A stretch of 64,000 bases of DNA from Octopus vulgaris (Eukaryota), in contig OX597822.1 of the NCBI GenBank assembly GCA_951406725.2, positions 115,010,001 to 115,074,000 of the forward strand, read 5' to 3'. The notes under the pieces are model-generated. The model made no database searches and was not told where the DNA came from. It was given only the letters and a program-made list of their open reading frames with translations. Both the position numbers and the translations under genes were made by a program. Shown in pieces: positions 24,806 to 43,857 of this stretch; the stretch's first letter is position 1, and every line of letters begins with the position of its first letter.

Positions 24806-26164
24806 ATGCAAGAAATGAAAATGTCCCTCAAACCTAACCGACAAAACCTGCAACTGACAAAATCCTTTGCAAACTTAAGGAAATTAACTCCAAATGCTTA
24901 ATCGTAGCAGAGAAAAATCGATGAGATACACTTGCTGCTCCAGAGAAATCAACGAGAAAGAAGCAAGAACTTCATAGGTAGAATTTACTCAAACTATGTG
25001 TGTGTGTGTGTATTTGTGTGCATGTTTGCGCGCGCGCACGTAAATTAGAACGTTCTAGCCAGAAAAATGGTATGTGGGTCTGGGGGCCAAAGGAGTGTGG
25101 CTCAGAATGTAAAACCTGAGCTTGGGAAATTCCAACACCACAAATCCAAGAAAGTTAAAACCTGGAAATTATGGAAAGCGTTGGTCTGTTGACATCTTGT
25201 GGAGGATGAATGGACAGAAAATGACCGACGGAAAATGGACAGAGACGAATATGTACTTTGTTTCTAACAGGTGACGTAAGACAACGTAAAGTAGGTGACC
25301 GCAGAATGTTCGCCTGTGTGTATGTGAAGGTGTCAAAGTGGCTATTTGGCTGGTAATGGTCAGTAGTGATAGGAAAACAAAGAATTAGACGATGAGTCAA
25401 AGGTTCTAATCAAGTCCATGGATAGCTAGAGTAAGTATGCATGTACGTGTGTGTGAAAAGGAGAGAAATTATCGATGAAGGAAAATGTGCATAACTATGT
25501 ACCTGAGGGAAGACTATGTGTCGGTGTGTGAGTGCAGAAAGACAGGTATGATCATCGGAGAAGGTGGGATGTGTATGAGTAGGTAAATGTTTGAGTCATA
25601 GGAGTTTGAGTATGTGATGTGTTTGACGTTATGAGGGAATTAAGAATTAAGATGAGGGAGGAGAGAAGATAGGAGAGTGAAGAGTCACGGGTGTGTAATT
25701 GTTGACAGGACAATGGAAACGTGGGTGTGAAAATACAGGCTAAGTAAATTGAGAATAGGAATTTAAAGAGGAAGGACTGAAAGTTTATAGAAAGAAAGAG
25801 AAAAGCTTTTTTTCCCTCAGCGAGAAATGTGAAATGTGGCGTGGAGTAGTCGGCGGCCAGTTTTTCAGATGTATACAGAATTGCAGACGGAACACTCGAG
25901 CGCTTAGTTATGATTGAGGAATAAATAGCAGAAAGTCATTAAAGTGGAGGGTGGATGGGTGGGTTGGTTGGTTGGTTGGGTTTTATGACAGTTGGTGCTG
26001 CAAAGGAAAGGATAAATGTTGCAGCAGGAACAGAAGAAGGAAAGGACCCTGGTGGGAGACGCATGAGCGGGTAGCAGGCTTTCCAGGTTCGAGTAAAGAA
26101 GAGATAGAAGAATGAAATGGCATTGTTTTAATTCTTATTTATATTCAATTCATTCCGTATTCAC

Positions 26165-27420
26165 TTCAGTTTTCTTCTTAGTTTCAGCCCGAAGGTTGCG
26201 GCTATGTTGGAGCATCACCATTTGCTTTGCTACACTTTCACTAAACCTCATCTGATGCGTGGCATTTGGTGAATAAGAGAGTTTGATGTTGCTGCCCTTA
26301 TCTGTGTTTCTTACCTTGAGGTAGGTTCATCGGGAACTCTTGACAGGAAGAGATCCAGTTTTGTTTTGAAAACGCCTACATCCATGCCAAGCAGGTCACT
26401 CAGGTTTAGTGGGAGGATATTGAAGAGCTGTGGACCCTTGAAGTCCAAACTGTTGTAGTATATGGTCCTGTATTCTAATGGCAATTTGGGGAGTTTTGGT
26501 AGCATGCAGTGGCGCCCCGTCCTGCAGCTTGTGTATCTGGCAATGCCACAATTTGGTACAAGTTCTTCTAGGATTTTCCTGATGTATATTACTGCGTATC
26601 TTTCCTGCCTTCGTTCTAATGAGTAGTTTTAACTTTTTCTGTCTCTCCCAGTATCTGACATGTTACATTGAGACAATCTTCTTTATGTAGCTTCGCTAGA
26701 CAGCCTCGAGTTCCGTCGTTAATTTAACAATGTTTGATGAGCACAGTTGGGAGTAGTAATCCAGAGGACCATCATGGTCTCCTGCTCTCCCGTTTTGAGA
26801 GTTCGAAGGATTCATCCGGCCAAGCGTCTGCATTTTTTGCCAACTTGATAATATACACCTGGAAAGATGCATCATTATTTGTGTCGATGCCTAGATTACG
26901 CTCTGATTTTGATTCAGGGGTCGCAATTCCTCCTGGGCCAGTGTATCTTGTCTTTTTTCCATTGAGCTTCGTGTGTTCGTACTGCAGAGCTTGGAATTTT
27001 CCAGCATTAAACTGCATAATATTTTCCTCTGCCCACCTGCATATTGTGTCCAACCCCCGTTGCAGATACGCAACCTCTCCAACGTTCTGTATCATCTGAG
27101 TGACTTTTGTATCGTTTACATAGTTTGGTATGCTACTTGAGCAGCTGAGGGCATGTATGAGAAGGCCATTATGAATAGCAGCGGCCTCGAGCCAGTGCCC
27201 TGTGGAACACTACTCCTTATTTGTGTTTCATTGGACTTCTATCCTTTAGAAAGTGATGAAGCCATTCTCCAAGTTTTCCAACAATGCCAAGATTATGCAG
27301 CTTGTGACATGGTTGTGCACAACATACATATTACTTGGATGTTTAAATTATGCTATACACGGTGATAATAACTTAATTTTTGACTGCTTCATAAAGTGGG
27401 TGAATATTTTATTGCTTGGG
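26165..27420 (-). mobile_element. CR1-type LINE remnant (RT C-terminal half to 3' tail)
   Basis: VPQGTGSRPLLF, YVNDTKV, LQRGLDTICRWAEENIMQFNAGKFQ and KGPQLFNILP..FKTKLDLFLSRVPDEP. Confidence 0.85.
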
Positions 27421-27589
27421 AAAGAAAACACGGTACACGGGCTACAGCGAGGAGCGGTCAGTATATTGTGTGAGTTTCCGCCAGAAGCATCACTCCCTTG
27501 CTTTTTCTGCACATCAAAAATCCTGGAGAAATGTGTTTACATTACTATAATTGCAACCACAGCCATGGTTTTCTGACACATACACTCAT

Positions 27590-27665
27590 GCATGCATACA
27601 TACATACATACATACATACATACATACATACATACATACATACATACATACATACATACATACAT

Positions 27666-27713
<48 letters not shown>

Positions 27714-30700
27714 TTATATATCAAAGAGCAAATAGGAAATACTATATAAACAGATGCACATCTGCACAAATCACATACACAAAGATTACATCACACTTGA
27801 AAGAAGATACATTGACAAGCATTTATCCCTGCAAGTATAAAAGCACGCATACATAATTACATACATACATACATACACACATACGTACATACGTATATAC
27901 ACACATACACACATACATACATACTTACATACACACACATACATACATACACACATACATACACACATACATACATACGTATATACACACATACACACAT
28001 ACCTACATACTTACATACACACACATACATACATACACACATACATACACACATACATACATATATACATACATACATACACACATACATACATACATAC
28101 ACACATACATACACACATACATACACACATACATACATACATACACACATACATACATACATACACACATACATACATACATACATACATACACACATAC
28201 ATACATACATACATACATACATACATACATACACACATACATACATACATACACACATACATACATACATACATACATACATACATACATACATACACAC
28301 ATACATACATACATACATACATGCATGCATACATACATATATACATGCATACATACATACATACATACACACATACATACATACGTATATACACACATAC
28401 ACACATACATACATACTTACATACACACACATACATACATACACACATACATACATACATACATACACACATACATACATACATACATACACACATACAT
28501 ACACACATACATACATACACACATACATACATACATACATACATACACACACACATACATACATACATACATACATACACACACACATACATACATACAT
28601 ACATACATACACACACACATACATACATACATACATACACACATACATACATACATATGATATATACATACATACATACATATCTACATACATACATACA
28701 TACACACATACATACATATATACATACATACATACACACATACATACATACATACACACATACATACATACACACATACACACATACATACACACATACA
28801 TAGATACACACATACATACATACATACACACATACATACATACATACATACATACATACATACATACATACACACACACATACATACATACATACATACA
28901 CACATACATAGATACACACATACATACATACATACACACATACATACATACACACATACATACATACACATATACATACATACATACATACATACATACA
29001 TACATACATACATACATACACATACATACATACATACATACACACATACATACACACATACATACATATATACATACATACACACACACATACATACATA
29101 CACACATACATACACACATACATACATACATACACACATACATACATACATACATACACACATACATACACACATACATACATATATACATACATACATA
29201 CATACATACACACATACATACATATATACATACATACATACACACATACATACATACATACATACATACACATACATACACACATACATACATATATACA
29301 TACATACATACACACACATACATACATATATACATACATACATACACACATGCATACATACATACATACACACATACATACATACATACACACACACATA
29401 CATACATACATACACACATACATACATACATACATACACACATACATACATACATACATACATACATACATACATACATACATACATACATACATACATA
29501 CATACATACATACACACATACATACACACATACATACACACATACATACATACATACATACATACATACATACATACATACATACATACATACACACACA
29601 TACATACATACATATGATATATACATACATACATACATACATACATACATACATACATACACACATACATACATACATACATACACACATACATACATAC
29701 ATACATACATACATACATACATACATACACACATACATACATACATACATACACACATACATACACACATACATACATATATACATACATACATACACAC
29801 ATACATACATACACACATACATACACACATACATACATACATACACACATACATACATACATACGTACATACGTATATACACACATACACACATACATAC
29901 ATACTTACATACACACACATACATACATACACACATACATACACACATACATACATACGTATATACACACATACACACATACCTACATACTTACATACAC
30001 ACACATACACACATACACACATACATACACACATACATACATATATACATACATACATACACACATACATACATACATACACACATACATACACACATAC
30101 ATACACACATACATACATACATACACACACATACATACATACATACACACATACATACATACATACATACACACATACATACATACATACATACATACAT
30201 ACACACATACATACATACACACATACATACATACATACATACATACATACATACATACATACACACATACATACATACATACATACATGCATGCATACAT
30301 ACATATATACATGCATACATACATACATACATACACACATACATACATACGTATATACACACATACACACATACATACATACATACATACACACACATAC
30401 ATACATACACACATACATACATACATACATACACACATACATACATACATACATACACACATACATACACATACATACATACACACATACATACATACAT
30501 ACATACATACACACACACATACATACATACATACATACATACACACACACACATACATACATACATACATACATACACACACACATACATACATACATAC
30601 ATACACACATACATACATACATATACATATATACATACATACATACATACATACATACATACATACATACATACATACATACATACATACATACATACAT

Positions 30701-32134
30701 ACACACATACATACATACATACACACATACATACATACACACATACACACATACATACACACATACATAGATACACACATACATACATACATACACACAT
30801 ACATACATACATACATACATACATACATACATACATACACACACACATACATACATACATACATACACACATACATAGATACACACATACATACATACAT
30901 ACACACATACATACATACACACATACATACATACACACATACATACATACATACATACATACATACATACATACATACATACACACATACATACATACAT
31001 ACATACACACATACATACACACATACATACATATATACATACATACACACACACATACATACATACACACATACATACACACATACATACATACATACAC
31101 ACATACATACATACATACATACACACATACATACACACATACATACATATATACATACATACATACATACATACACACATACATACATATATACATACAT
31201 ACATACACACATACATACATACATACATACACACATACATACACACATACATACATATATACATACATACATACACACATACATACATATATACATACAT
31301 ACATACACACATACATACATACATACATACACACATACATACATACATACACACACACATACATACATACATACACACATACATACATACATACATACAC
31401 ACATACATACATACACACATACATACATACATACATACATACATACATACATACATACATACATACATACATACATACACACATACATACACACATACAT
31501 ACACACATACATACATACATACGTACATACATACATACATACGTACATACATACACACATACATACATACATATGATATATACATACATACATACATACA
31601 TACATACATACATACATACATACACACATACATACATACATACATACACACATACATACATACATACATACATACATACATACATACATACACACATACA
31701 TACATACATACATACATACACATACATACATACACACATACATACATACATACATACATACATACACACATACATACATACACACATACATACACACATA
31801 CATACATACATACACACATACATACATACATACATACATACACACATACATACACACATACATACATATATACATACATACATACACACATACATACATA
31901 TATACATACATACATACACACATACATACATACATACATACATACACACATACATACACACATACATACATATATACATACATACATACACACATACATA
32001 CATATATACATACATACACACATACATACATACATACATACACACATACATACATACATACACACACACATACATACATACATACATACATACATACATA
32101 CATACATACATACATACATACATACATACATACA
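27590..32134. repeat. giant imperfect (ACAT)n array with ~1.97-kb higher-order duplication
   Basis: Direct reading; landmark variants recur about 1960-1980 bp apart. Confidence 0.95.
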
Positions 32135-34032
<1,898 letters not shown>

Positions 34033-35370
34033 ACGTACATACATACATACACACATACATACATACATACATACATACATACACACATACATACATACAT
34101 ACATACACACATACATACATACATACATACATACATACATACATACATACATACATACATACACACATACATACATACATACATACATACATACACACAT
34201 ACATACATACATACATACATACATACACACATACATACATACATACATACATACATACATACATACATACATACATACATACACACATACATACATACAT
34301 ACATACATACATACATACATACATACATACATACATACATACATACATACATACATACATACATACATACATCACATACATACATACATACATACATACA
34401 TACATACACATACATACATACATACATACATACATACATACATACATACATACATACATACATACATACATACATACATACACATACATACATACATACA
34501 TACATACATACATACATACATACATACATACATACATACATACATACATACATACATACATACATACATACATACATACATACATACATACATACATACA
34601 TACATACATACATACATACATACATACATACATACATACATACATACATACATACATACATACATACATACATACATACATACATACATACATACATACA
34701 TACATACATACATACATACATACATACATACATACATACATACATACATACATACATACATACACACATACATACATACATACATACATACATACACACA
34801 TACATACATACATACATACATACATACACACATACATACATACATACATACATACATACACACATACATACATACATACATACATACATACATACATACA
34901 CACATACACACATACATACATACATATGATATATACATACATACATACATACATACATACATACACACATACATACATACATACATACACACATACATAC
35001 ATACATACATACATACATACACACATACATACATACATACATACATACATACATACATACATACATACATACATACATACATACATACACACATACATAC
35101 ATACATACATACATACATACATACATACATACATACATACATACATACACACATACATACATACTTACATACACACATACATACATACACACGTACATAC
35201 ATACATACATACGTACATACATACACACATACATACATACATATGATATATACATACATACATACATACATACATACATACATACATACATACACACATA
35301 CACACATACATACATACATACATACATACATACACACATACATACATACATACATACATACACACACACA
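34033..35370. repeat. imperfect (ACAT)n array
   Basis: Direct reading. Confidence 0.95.
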
Positions 35371-35593
35371 TAAACGTATTTGAAATCAGAGGTCACCATA
35401 ATGGTAAGCTGTAAGTGGCTGGAGTAGAGCCAGCTTCAGAAATGGGTGTATACACATACGAGGATGGAGATGAGGAGCGGTAGGTGTAGGGCACAGAAAG
35501 AGAAGGGAGTGTATATTGCGTCCGGATGAAGGATGGGCAGTATGATAGTTATGCATGAATCATCATGCACACATACATACATACACACACATT

Positions 35594-36886
<1,293 letters not shown>

Positions 36887-36936
36887 TATATATATATATG
36901 CATATACATAAATATATTTTTATATATACATATATA

Positions 36937-37185
36937 GAGCGCAGGCGTGGCTGTATAGTAAGAAGCTTTCTTCCCGACAACATGGTTCCGGGCTCAGACC
37001 TCCTGCGGGGCACGTTGGCCAAGTGTCTTCTACTATAGCCTTGTAAGTGGATTTGGTAGACGGAAATTGAAAGAAACTCGTCTTGTATATGTATATATGT
37101 GTGTGTGTGTGTGTGTTTGTGTTTGCCCCACCACCACTACCATCGCTCGACAACCGATGTTGGTGTGTTTATGTCACCATAACAT
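36937..37185 (+). mobile_element. SINE S1 (internally deleted, 3'-truncated)
   Basis: GCGCAGGCGTGGCTG..GGATTTGGTAGACGGAAA..CAACCGATGTTGGTGTGTTTA. Confidence 0.8.
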
Positions 37186-37186
37186 A

Positions 37187-37723
<537 letters not shown>

Positions 37724-37811
37724 GTGTATATATGCCACTGTGTGATATGGGTGTATGCGTATACGTGAGAGAAAGCGCGTGCCAGTGCATATGTATATAA
37801 ATAAGATATAT

Positions 37812-38640
37812 ATTTCGTTTCTGCGTTTTAGCCATGTAGCTGTGGTCATACTGGTGCACAATTGTGACTTTCCGCAGCCCCCTGACGCTTATGTCGTTGA
37901 TTTCTTTCTGTATGCCGGGATTTCATATCACCCGCCTTGGTTGTTGGTTCATTTAATGATCGATAGAGTTTGACAGAGCCGTCCTCATCTGTACTTCATA
38001 TCTGTACTTCATCTGGTATCGTGGAGAGGAGATTATACAATTCCTTGTTTGAAGGTAGCCACATCCTGTACGTTACGTAATTCTTCTGGTAGAACATTGC
38101 AGAACTTTGGATCCCAGCCTCATGTAGCAGATGTTCCTCACTTTAGATGGAGCGGACAGCACATTTGTTACGACGCCATGGCATCTAGTAAGTAGTGCAT
38201 TAGTATAACTCTTTATCCCGATGTTTCATACTAGCACTTCCGGAATGTGCATAAATCATTACATATCTTTCAAATCTTCGCTTCACGAACTAAAAATGAA
38301 GTTTTTTTCTCTAAATCCAGTGCTCCCTCTTTATAAGGTGTCTCGTTATACCGTGTCCCTGCACATAACGCAGGCGGATTGATGGACCCCAAATAATTTG
38401 AAGCAGAATTTCTCATTATAGCCCACAACTTGCAAAAACTTTGATTAAAAGCAGAATTCCAATGAATTTCAACGAAATACATACCTTAATCAACGGCTTG
38501 AACATATTGCAATCGCTTACCGTATAATTATATGCTAATTGCATGTTTTGTTTTGAAAACAACACTTTTTTGACCGGTGAGCACTTTTGACAGTTCGTTT
38601 TCCACGATTTGATTGGATGGTTTGAAGAAGCTTCCACCAA
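37812..38640 (-). mobile_element. old CR1-type LINE 3' remnant
   Basis: Minus strand PKFCNVLPEELRNVQDVATFKQ..LLSTIPDE is homologous to the CR1 C-termini above; tail GTGCACCAGTATGACCACAGCTACATGGCTAAAAC. Confidence 0.55.
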
Positions 38641-38687
38641 TCAAAGGGTTCGAATGAGTCAAACAAATTAATATTTTAAGGAAATAG

Positions 38688-39088
38688 TTCTTTTCTACTC
38701 TAGGCACAATGCCCGAAATTTTTGGGGAAGGGGGCCAGTCGATTAGATCGACTTTAGTACGCAGCTGGTACTTAATTAATCAATCCTGAGAGGATGAAAG
38801 GCAAAGTCGACCTCGGCGGAATTTGAACTCAGAACATAATGACAGACGAAATACCTATTTCTTTACTACCCACAAGGGATTAAACACGGAGAGAACAAAC
38901 AAGGACTGACAAACGGATTAAGTCGATTATATCGACCCCAGTGCCTAACTGGTACTTATTTAATCGACCCCGAAAGGATGAAAGGCAAAGTCGACCTCGG
39001 CAGAATTTGAACTCAGAACGTAGCGGCAGACGAATTACCGCGAAGCATTTCGCCCGGCGTGTTAACGTTTCTGACAGCTCGCCGCCTT
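38688..39088 (-). mobile_element. dimeric tRNA-derived SINE, family S2
   Basis: Head AAGGCGGCGAGCTG..GAGTTCAAATTC; central GGTCGACTTTGCCTTTCATCC..AAGTACCAG occurs twice (resembles the Meta domain, from recall); two different 3' tails. Confidence 0.85.
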
Positions 39089-39212
39089 AATGGAAGTAAT
39101 TAACGCCTTGGAGGTACGATTTATATAAAAGGGCGACCATATTCCACTTCATTCATTACAATTTCATGCTATCTTGCAGATATTTAAAAAAAAGTTACCG
39201 TATGAATACACA

Positions 39213-40767
39213 ATGCCTAAAAGGAAATCCTATTCTGTAAAAGAACAGTTAAATCTGGTTTACCGCATACGAAATGGCAATACCAAAGCCAAACTATCGA
39301 GAGAGATCGGTGTTCCAGAGTCCAATCTGTGTAGTTAAAGACGAGGCTAACCTCAGGAGTTATGTAAATACAGTTGTGAGGGCCTAACGAGGAAGAAGGC
39401 CAGGATTACCACTGACAGTGAACTTTAGAAAGCAGTTTTCACCTGGTTTGTCCAGGAGCCGAGTGGTGGCACACACCTGTCACGTGCTATTATTAGAACC
39501 CAAGGCAGAGAAGTTTCCTAGTCAGAGCAACCTGACCAGCCTGACCAGCAGAACTTTCTAGCCAGCAAGGGATGGTTGTACAAGTTCCGGAAGCGACATG
39601 GCACAGGTGCTGTAAAGATCAATGGTGGGCAGAGATCAGCAGACAGCCAAGCTGGAGATGACTTCCCAGCTACCCTGAAGCAGCATATGGAAGCAGAGTC
39701 CCTCAACCCAGAACAACTGTATAATGCAGATAATCCGGCCTCAACTAGAAGATGCTACCAAACAACACCCTAGCAGTAACAACAAATGCCCATCAGACTT
39801 TGGGCTACAAAAAGGTAAATAACAGACTCGCCATCCTCTTTGTCTGCAACGTGACAGGGGCCCACAAGCTTAAACCCCTGGTTGTGGGCATGTTTCGATC
39901 ACCCAGGTACTTCGACCATGTAAACATGAACAATCTACCAGTGTTTTACAAACACTCAGCCAGCTCATGGATGACAGCCAGCATATTTGAAAAATGGTTC
40001 TTCAAGTCATTTGTCTCTAGTATCAGGAGCCACCATAGGAGCCTCAACCTGCGGGAGAAAAGCATCTCCCTGCTGGATAACTGCTCCGCCCACCCACAGG
40101 GAGACTTCCTACAGAACAGAGATGGCTAGATCAAGGTCCTCTATCTACCCAAGAATACAACAGCAAAATACATCACTATGGTGTTGGCATCATTCAAGCC
40201 TTCAAAACTACCTACAAGAAGGGGCTCATCCTGGAAATGATAGAATCTCCACTTAGTGTTCCAGACTATCTGAAGCACCTTACCATCAAGGATGCCAGTT
40301 ACTTGTCAGGCAGAGCCTGGGCTTCAGTGACAACCAGGACCATTGCCAACTGCTGGAACAAGGCTCTTGGTGTAGCCTTCCCACAGCCCCAACAGCCAGA
40401 ATTAGGGTCATAAAAAGAGGAATTCATGGTATTCACTGAGTAGGAGGCCAGGGCAGCAGAACAACGTCTAGACGATCACCTAGAGGATACAATAACCCTG
40501 CAAGACTGGGTTAACAGGTAGAAAGAAGCAGAGGAAGCCATTGTGGAGCAGATTAATGAGTAGCCAGAAGATGACACAGAGGAAGCGGAGACACCAGCTC
40601 CAGCCAAGTCCCCCGCAGAGGCTGTCTCACACCTCAAATGGCTTATAGAATACACTGAGTGTGAAGACTATGACCGTCTATACCACGCACCGAGGAACCT
40701 GCTCAGGCAGACACAGATCTAAATGAGGAAGGGACTGTGCCAGAAGCTGACAGACTTTTTTATGTGA
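39213..40767 (+). pseudogene. pogo/Tigger (CENP-B-like DDE) transposase, disrupted
   Basis: MPKRKSYSVKEQL HTH, FLASKGWLYKFRKRHG, LYNAD, NVTGAHKLKPLVVG..SPR, SSWMTASIF, LLDNCSAHP, LPKNTT and C-terminal QKLTDFF; several stops and frameshifts. Confidence 0.9.
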
Positions 40768-40859
40768 TTGAATAAGAAACAATTAAATGCGAACTTTCAT
40801 ACACTGTAACTTTATTAATTAAACATACATTTAAGGGCTTTCAAATCATTCACTAGGTG

Positions 40860-41195
40860 GCATGATGGTCAAAAATGACCATTCCCAAAGTGGGAAAACC
40901 ACCTGTAAACTTGTATTTTGCTCATAGCAGCGTCCTTGTAAGCTGTTTGAAGCATGATAACTGTTTTGGCGCCGTTTTCCCCAGCAGAAAACAGAATTTC
41001 ACAGAAGCACACTGTTCCTTCGTTTCAGCCATAGAAAAAAATCGACGAACAGGGGAGAAATACTATGACATCACAAGACGACGCCGGTCGGCAAATTGAG
41101 GGCAGCATCAAGTGGCTGCTAGCGACAGAAGCCTGAACTACAACGGTTTTCTGCCAAAGTGAACGTTTCCGGTTAATTTTGGGTATCCCCTCATA
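40860..41195 (-). mobile_element. mariner remnant, 5' end with HTH
   Basis: MAETKEQCASVKFCFLLGKTA..MLQTAYKDAAMSKIQVYRWF; terminus TA-TGAGGGGATACCCAAAATTAACCGGAA. Confidence 0.8.
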
Positions 41196-41461
41196 TATGT
41201 CCAATGTATAAACGTATACGGACTCAAAGACAGAGACCTTATAGAATAGAAGAGAAAATAAGAAAAGAAAAAAAATGTTGAAAGAAAGGAGTCGTAGATA
41301 TGTACAAATACATGTGTTTGTTTCTGGATTGTCTGTCTGTTCTGTGTCCACTTAGGTCAGTGTATTTCTTTACACGTTGAAGCAAGTGTTGGTAAATGTG
41401 AGAGATATTCTATGCATGTATATATGTGCTCATATATGTGTGTGTGAGTGTGTGTGTGTGT

Positions 41462-41507
<46 letters not shown>

Positions 41508-41994
41508 TTGTGTGTGATTGAGTGTGTTTGTTTGTGCACCTGAGCATATATTCTTACCTATGATCTTTGTCCGAATATACACACGTATATACGGGGGCGA
41601 GTGGAGCCCCATATATAAGTGTGTGTATATGTGAGAATGTATACATACTTGAAACATGCACACATATATCCATGTGTGTTTATGTGTATGTATGTACGTA
41701 CGTGTGTGTGCGTGTGTGCGTGTGTGTGTGTGTGTGTATCTTGTGTATTCAATTATATGTACGACTGCTGCCGTTATGTTCAGAACTCTTTCCAACTTCA
41801 GACAATAGTTCTCTGTTACATAATGCAATAAAGAGTTTCAAGATGATCCGATGTGATTATGCATCCAAATGCACTTGGAACATCCACAAAGGTTCGCCAG
41901 AACAAATGATATAAACAAGCTTTTATTGTAATTTCTGATATATTTATCTCTATCTGTGTGTGTGTGCTTGTTTTTATGGTGAATAATATATCTT

Positions 41995-42200
41995 TTATCT
42001 TTTCTTTTATTTGTTTCAGCCATTAGACTACAACCATGCTGGGGCACTGCCTTGAAGAATTTTTAGTCGAATGACTCGACCCCAGTATTTAGTCTATCGA
42101 TTTCTTTTGACGAACCGCCAAGTTGCAGGGACATAAACATGCCAACATCGATTGTCAAGCGGTGTTGGAGGACAAACACAGACACAAAGACGCACACATA
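41995..42200 (-). mobile_element. SINE S1, 3' half
   Basis: TTGTTTCAGCCATTAGACTACAACCATGCTGGGGCAC..GTCAAGCG..GGACAAACAC. Confidence 0.75.
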
Positions 42201-42289
42201 CACACACACACATACATAGATACATACATATGAAACGGGGGAAAATGAGGGCAACAGCAACGCCCGCCGGTTGCTGTATACCCGAGCAC

Positions 42290-43850
42290 GTTGTTCTTTT
42301 ATAAAATATTTCAAAGCAATAAACCTCATTACAAAAACAACATTAAGGAGGCAATGCACCTCTTCCATTGACTCCATACGAAGCCACTTTGAGGCAATAT
42401 ACCGCTTACTCACATCCATTCAGGTATCAAATTAGAATCTTCTTCCCCGGCCAGACTCCACGCCTCAGAAAAACACCTGGACGGTTCCAAGTCGGGTCAA
42501 TTTAACATAAATCTATAGGTATCCTTGGGGAAGGAATCCATTATCCTGAACAGTTCGTTCTCCCTCATTACCGTCGCAGCCACCTGCGAAGGCCAGACAG
42601 GGTCCTCCGTGCGGGATAGGATCCCCTCCCTTCGGCCCTTCATTTTGAGCTTGTCAACAAAGCGCTCCAATGTCCCTGCCTTATAGAAGAGGACCATAAA
42701 TTCCTCCTCCATATCACGGAGGGCCTGTACAATCTCCATCTTTAGTGGCACAACTCCTACCAAAGATGATTCGGGACACGCCGGCAGTGTATCATCAACC
42801 GCAAGCGATGTCCAATTTTACTGTTTTTATTTTTGTTCCTTTGAGCCACGGGAGGGTGGAATTCCTCCGCCTTGTCCAGCAGATCCTCCTTTTCTCCCGC
42901 AGCCCTCGGTTCCTTCGCTGGACAACTATTGTTGCCCACCTTTCGTTTTCTTCCTTTTTTCGAGGAGGCTTCCACCTCCTCGACTTCCTCCTTCTCTCCC
43001 TCCAATGAGGGAGCAGGGAGTAGTACTTCTATTAACTGCTCCAGGACCCTATTTTCGTCCTTGGGGCAGTTCTTCTGGATATGACTGGGTTCCAGGCACA
43101 GGTGACACTTGGTGGAGCGTCCCTCAAGCATCACCGGATACCTAGACCCGGTCATCCTTAAAAAGTCTGGAAAAACCAGAATTTTCTGCTGATTGGGTTC
43201 ATAGGGTAAATACAGCTTTTGACTCCTCCCAATCAAACGCAGGCAAATTTTTACATTGAGTAGCTTGGTACTGCTGCCACCCAGACCCCGGCAGATAGTG
43301 TCTTCTATCCACTCGGATTCAATTCCAGGTGGCAAACCGCAGACCCAAGCCCTCGTCAACATCTTCCCAGAATAAGTGGGAAGGAACAAAATTTCACTGC
43401 CCTGCAGGGGCAGGCTTGCGAATTCGCAAGCTTCTTCGGGGTAGTCAAACAGCAACCACACCGTTGCAAATATGACCCCCCGAGAGAAATTTCTCTCGGG
43501 GGGTCACTTTCTTCTATCGAAGACATTTTAACAAAAATACTTCCGTATAAACGGTGAAAATATTGCCAATTTCCCCAAACAGGGACACAATTCAATTTTT
43601 AAACAATAACCAAAGCTCCTTCTCCCAAAGGGGGGAGGGTTACGGTTTACAATTATTTAACAAATGCAACACAACAACGCTTTCCTTACGAGGAACCAAC
43701 AAACGTGATAACAATAGTTAAACAGTAATAATAATAACAACAAACCTTACGGTGAATCAAAAAGCAGTAGTCAGTAGAAGCTATAGTCCTTTATGGATAA
43801 GAAATAAACCAAAAGCAGTACTCAGCAGTAGCGTATGTTCGAGAAAACAG
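42290..43850 (-). mobile_element. ORF1-only non-LTR element, copy D (divergent family member)
   Basis: LFLPTYSGKMLTRAWVCGLPPGIESEWI..LEGRSTKCHLCLEPSHIQKNCP and an acidic tract; no RT motifs; boundaries approximate. Confidence 0.65.
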
Positions 43851-43857
43851 ACGTTAC

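Noticed and set aside
39213-40767. Possible domesticated CENP-B/Jerky/TIGD-like host gene
   Set aside because: Multiple stops and frameshifts; treated as a dead pogo/Tigger transposase (TIRs not identified).
42254-42278. Hairpin ACAGCAAC/GTTGCTGT beyond copy D as a possible Helitron 3' end
   Set aside because: No CTRR terminus at the expected distance.
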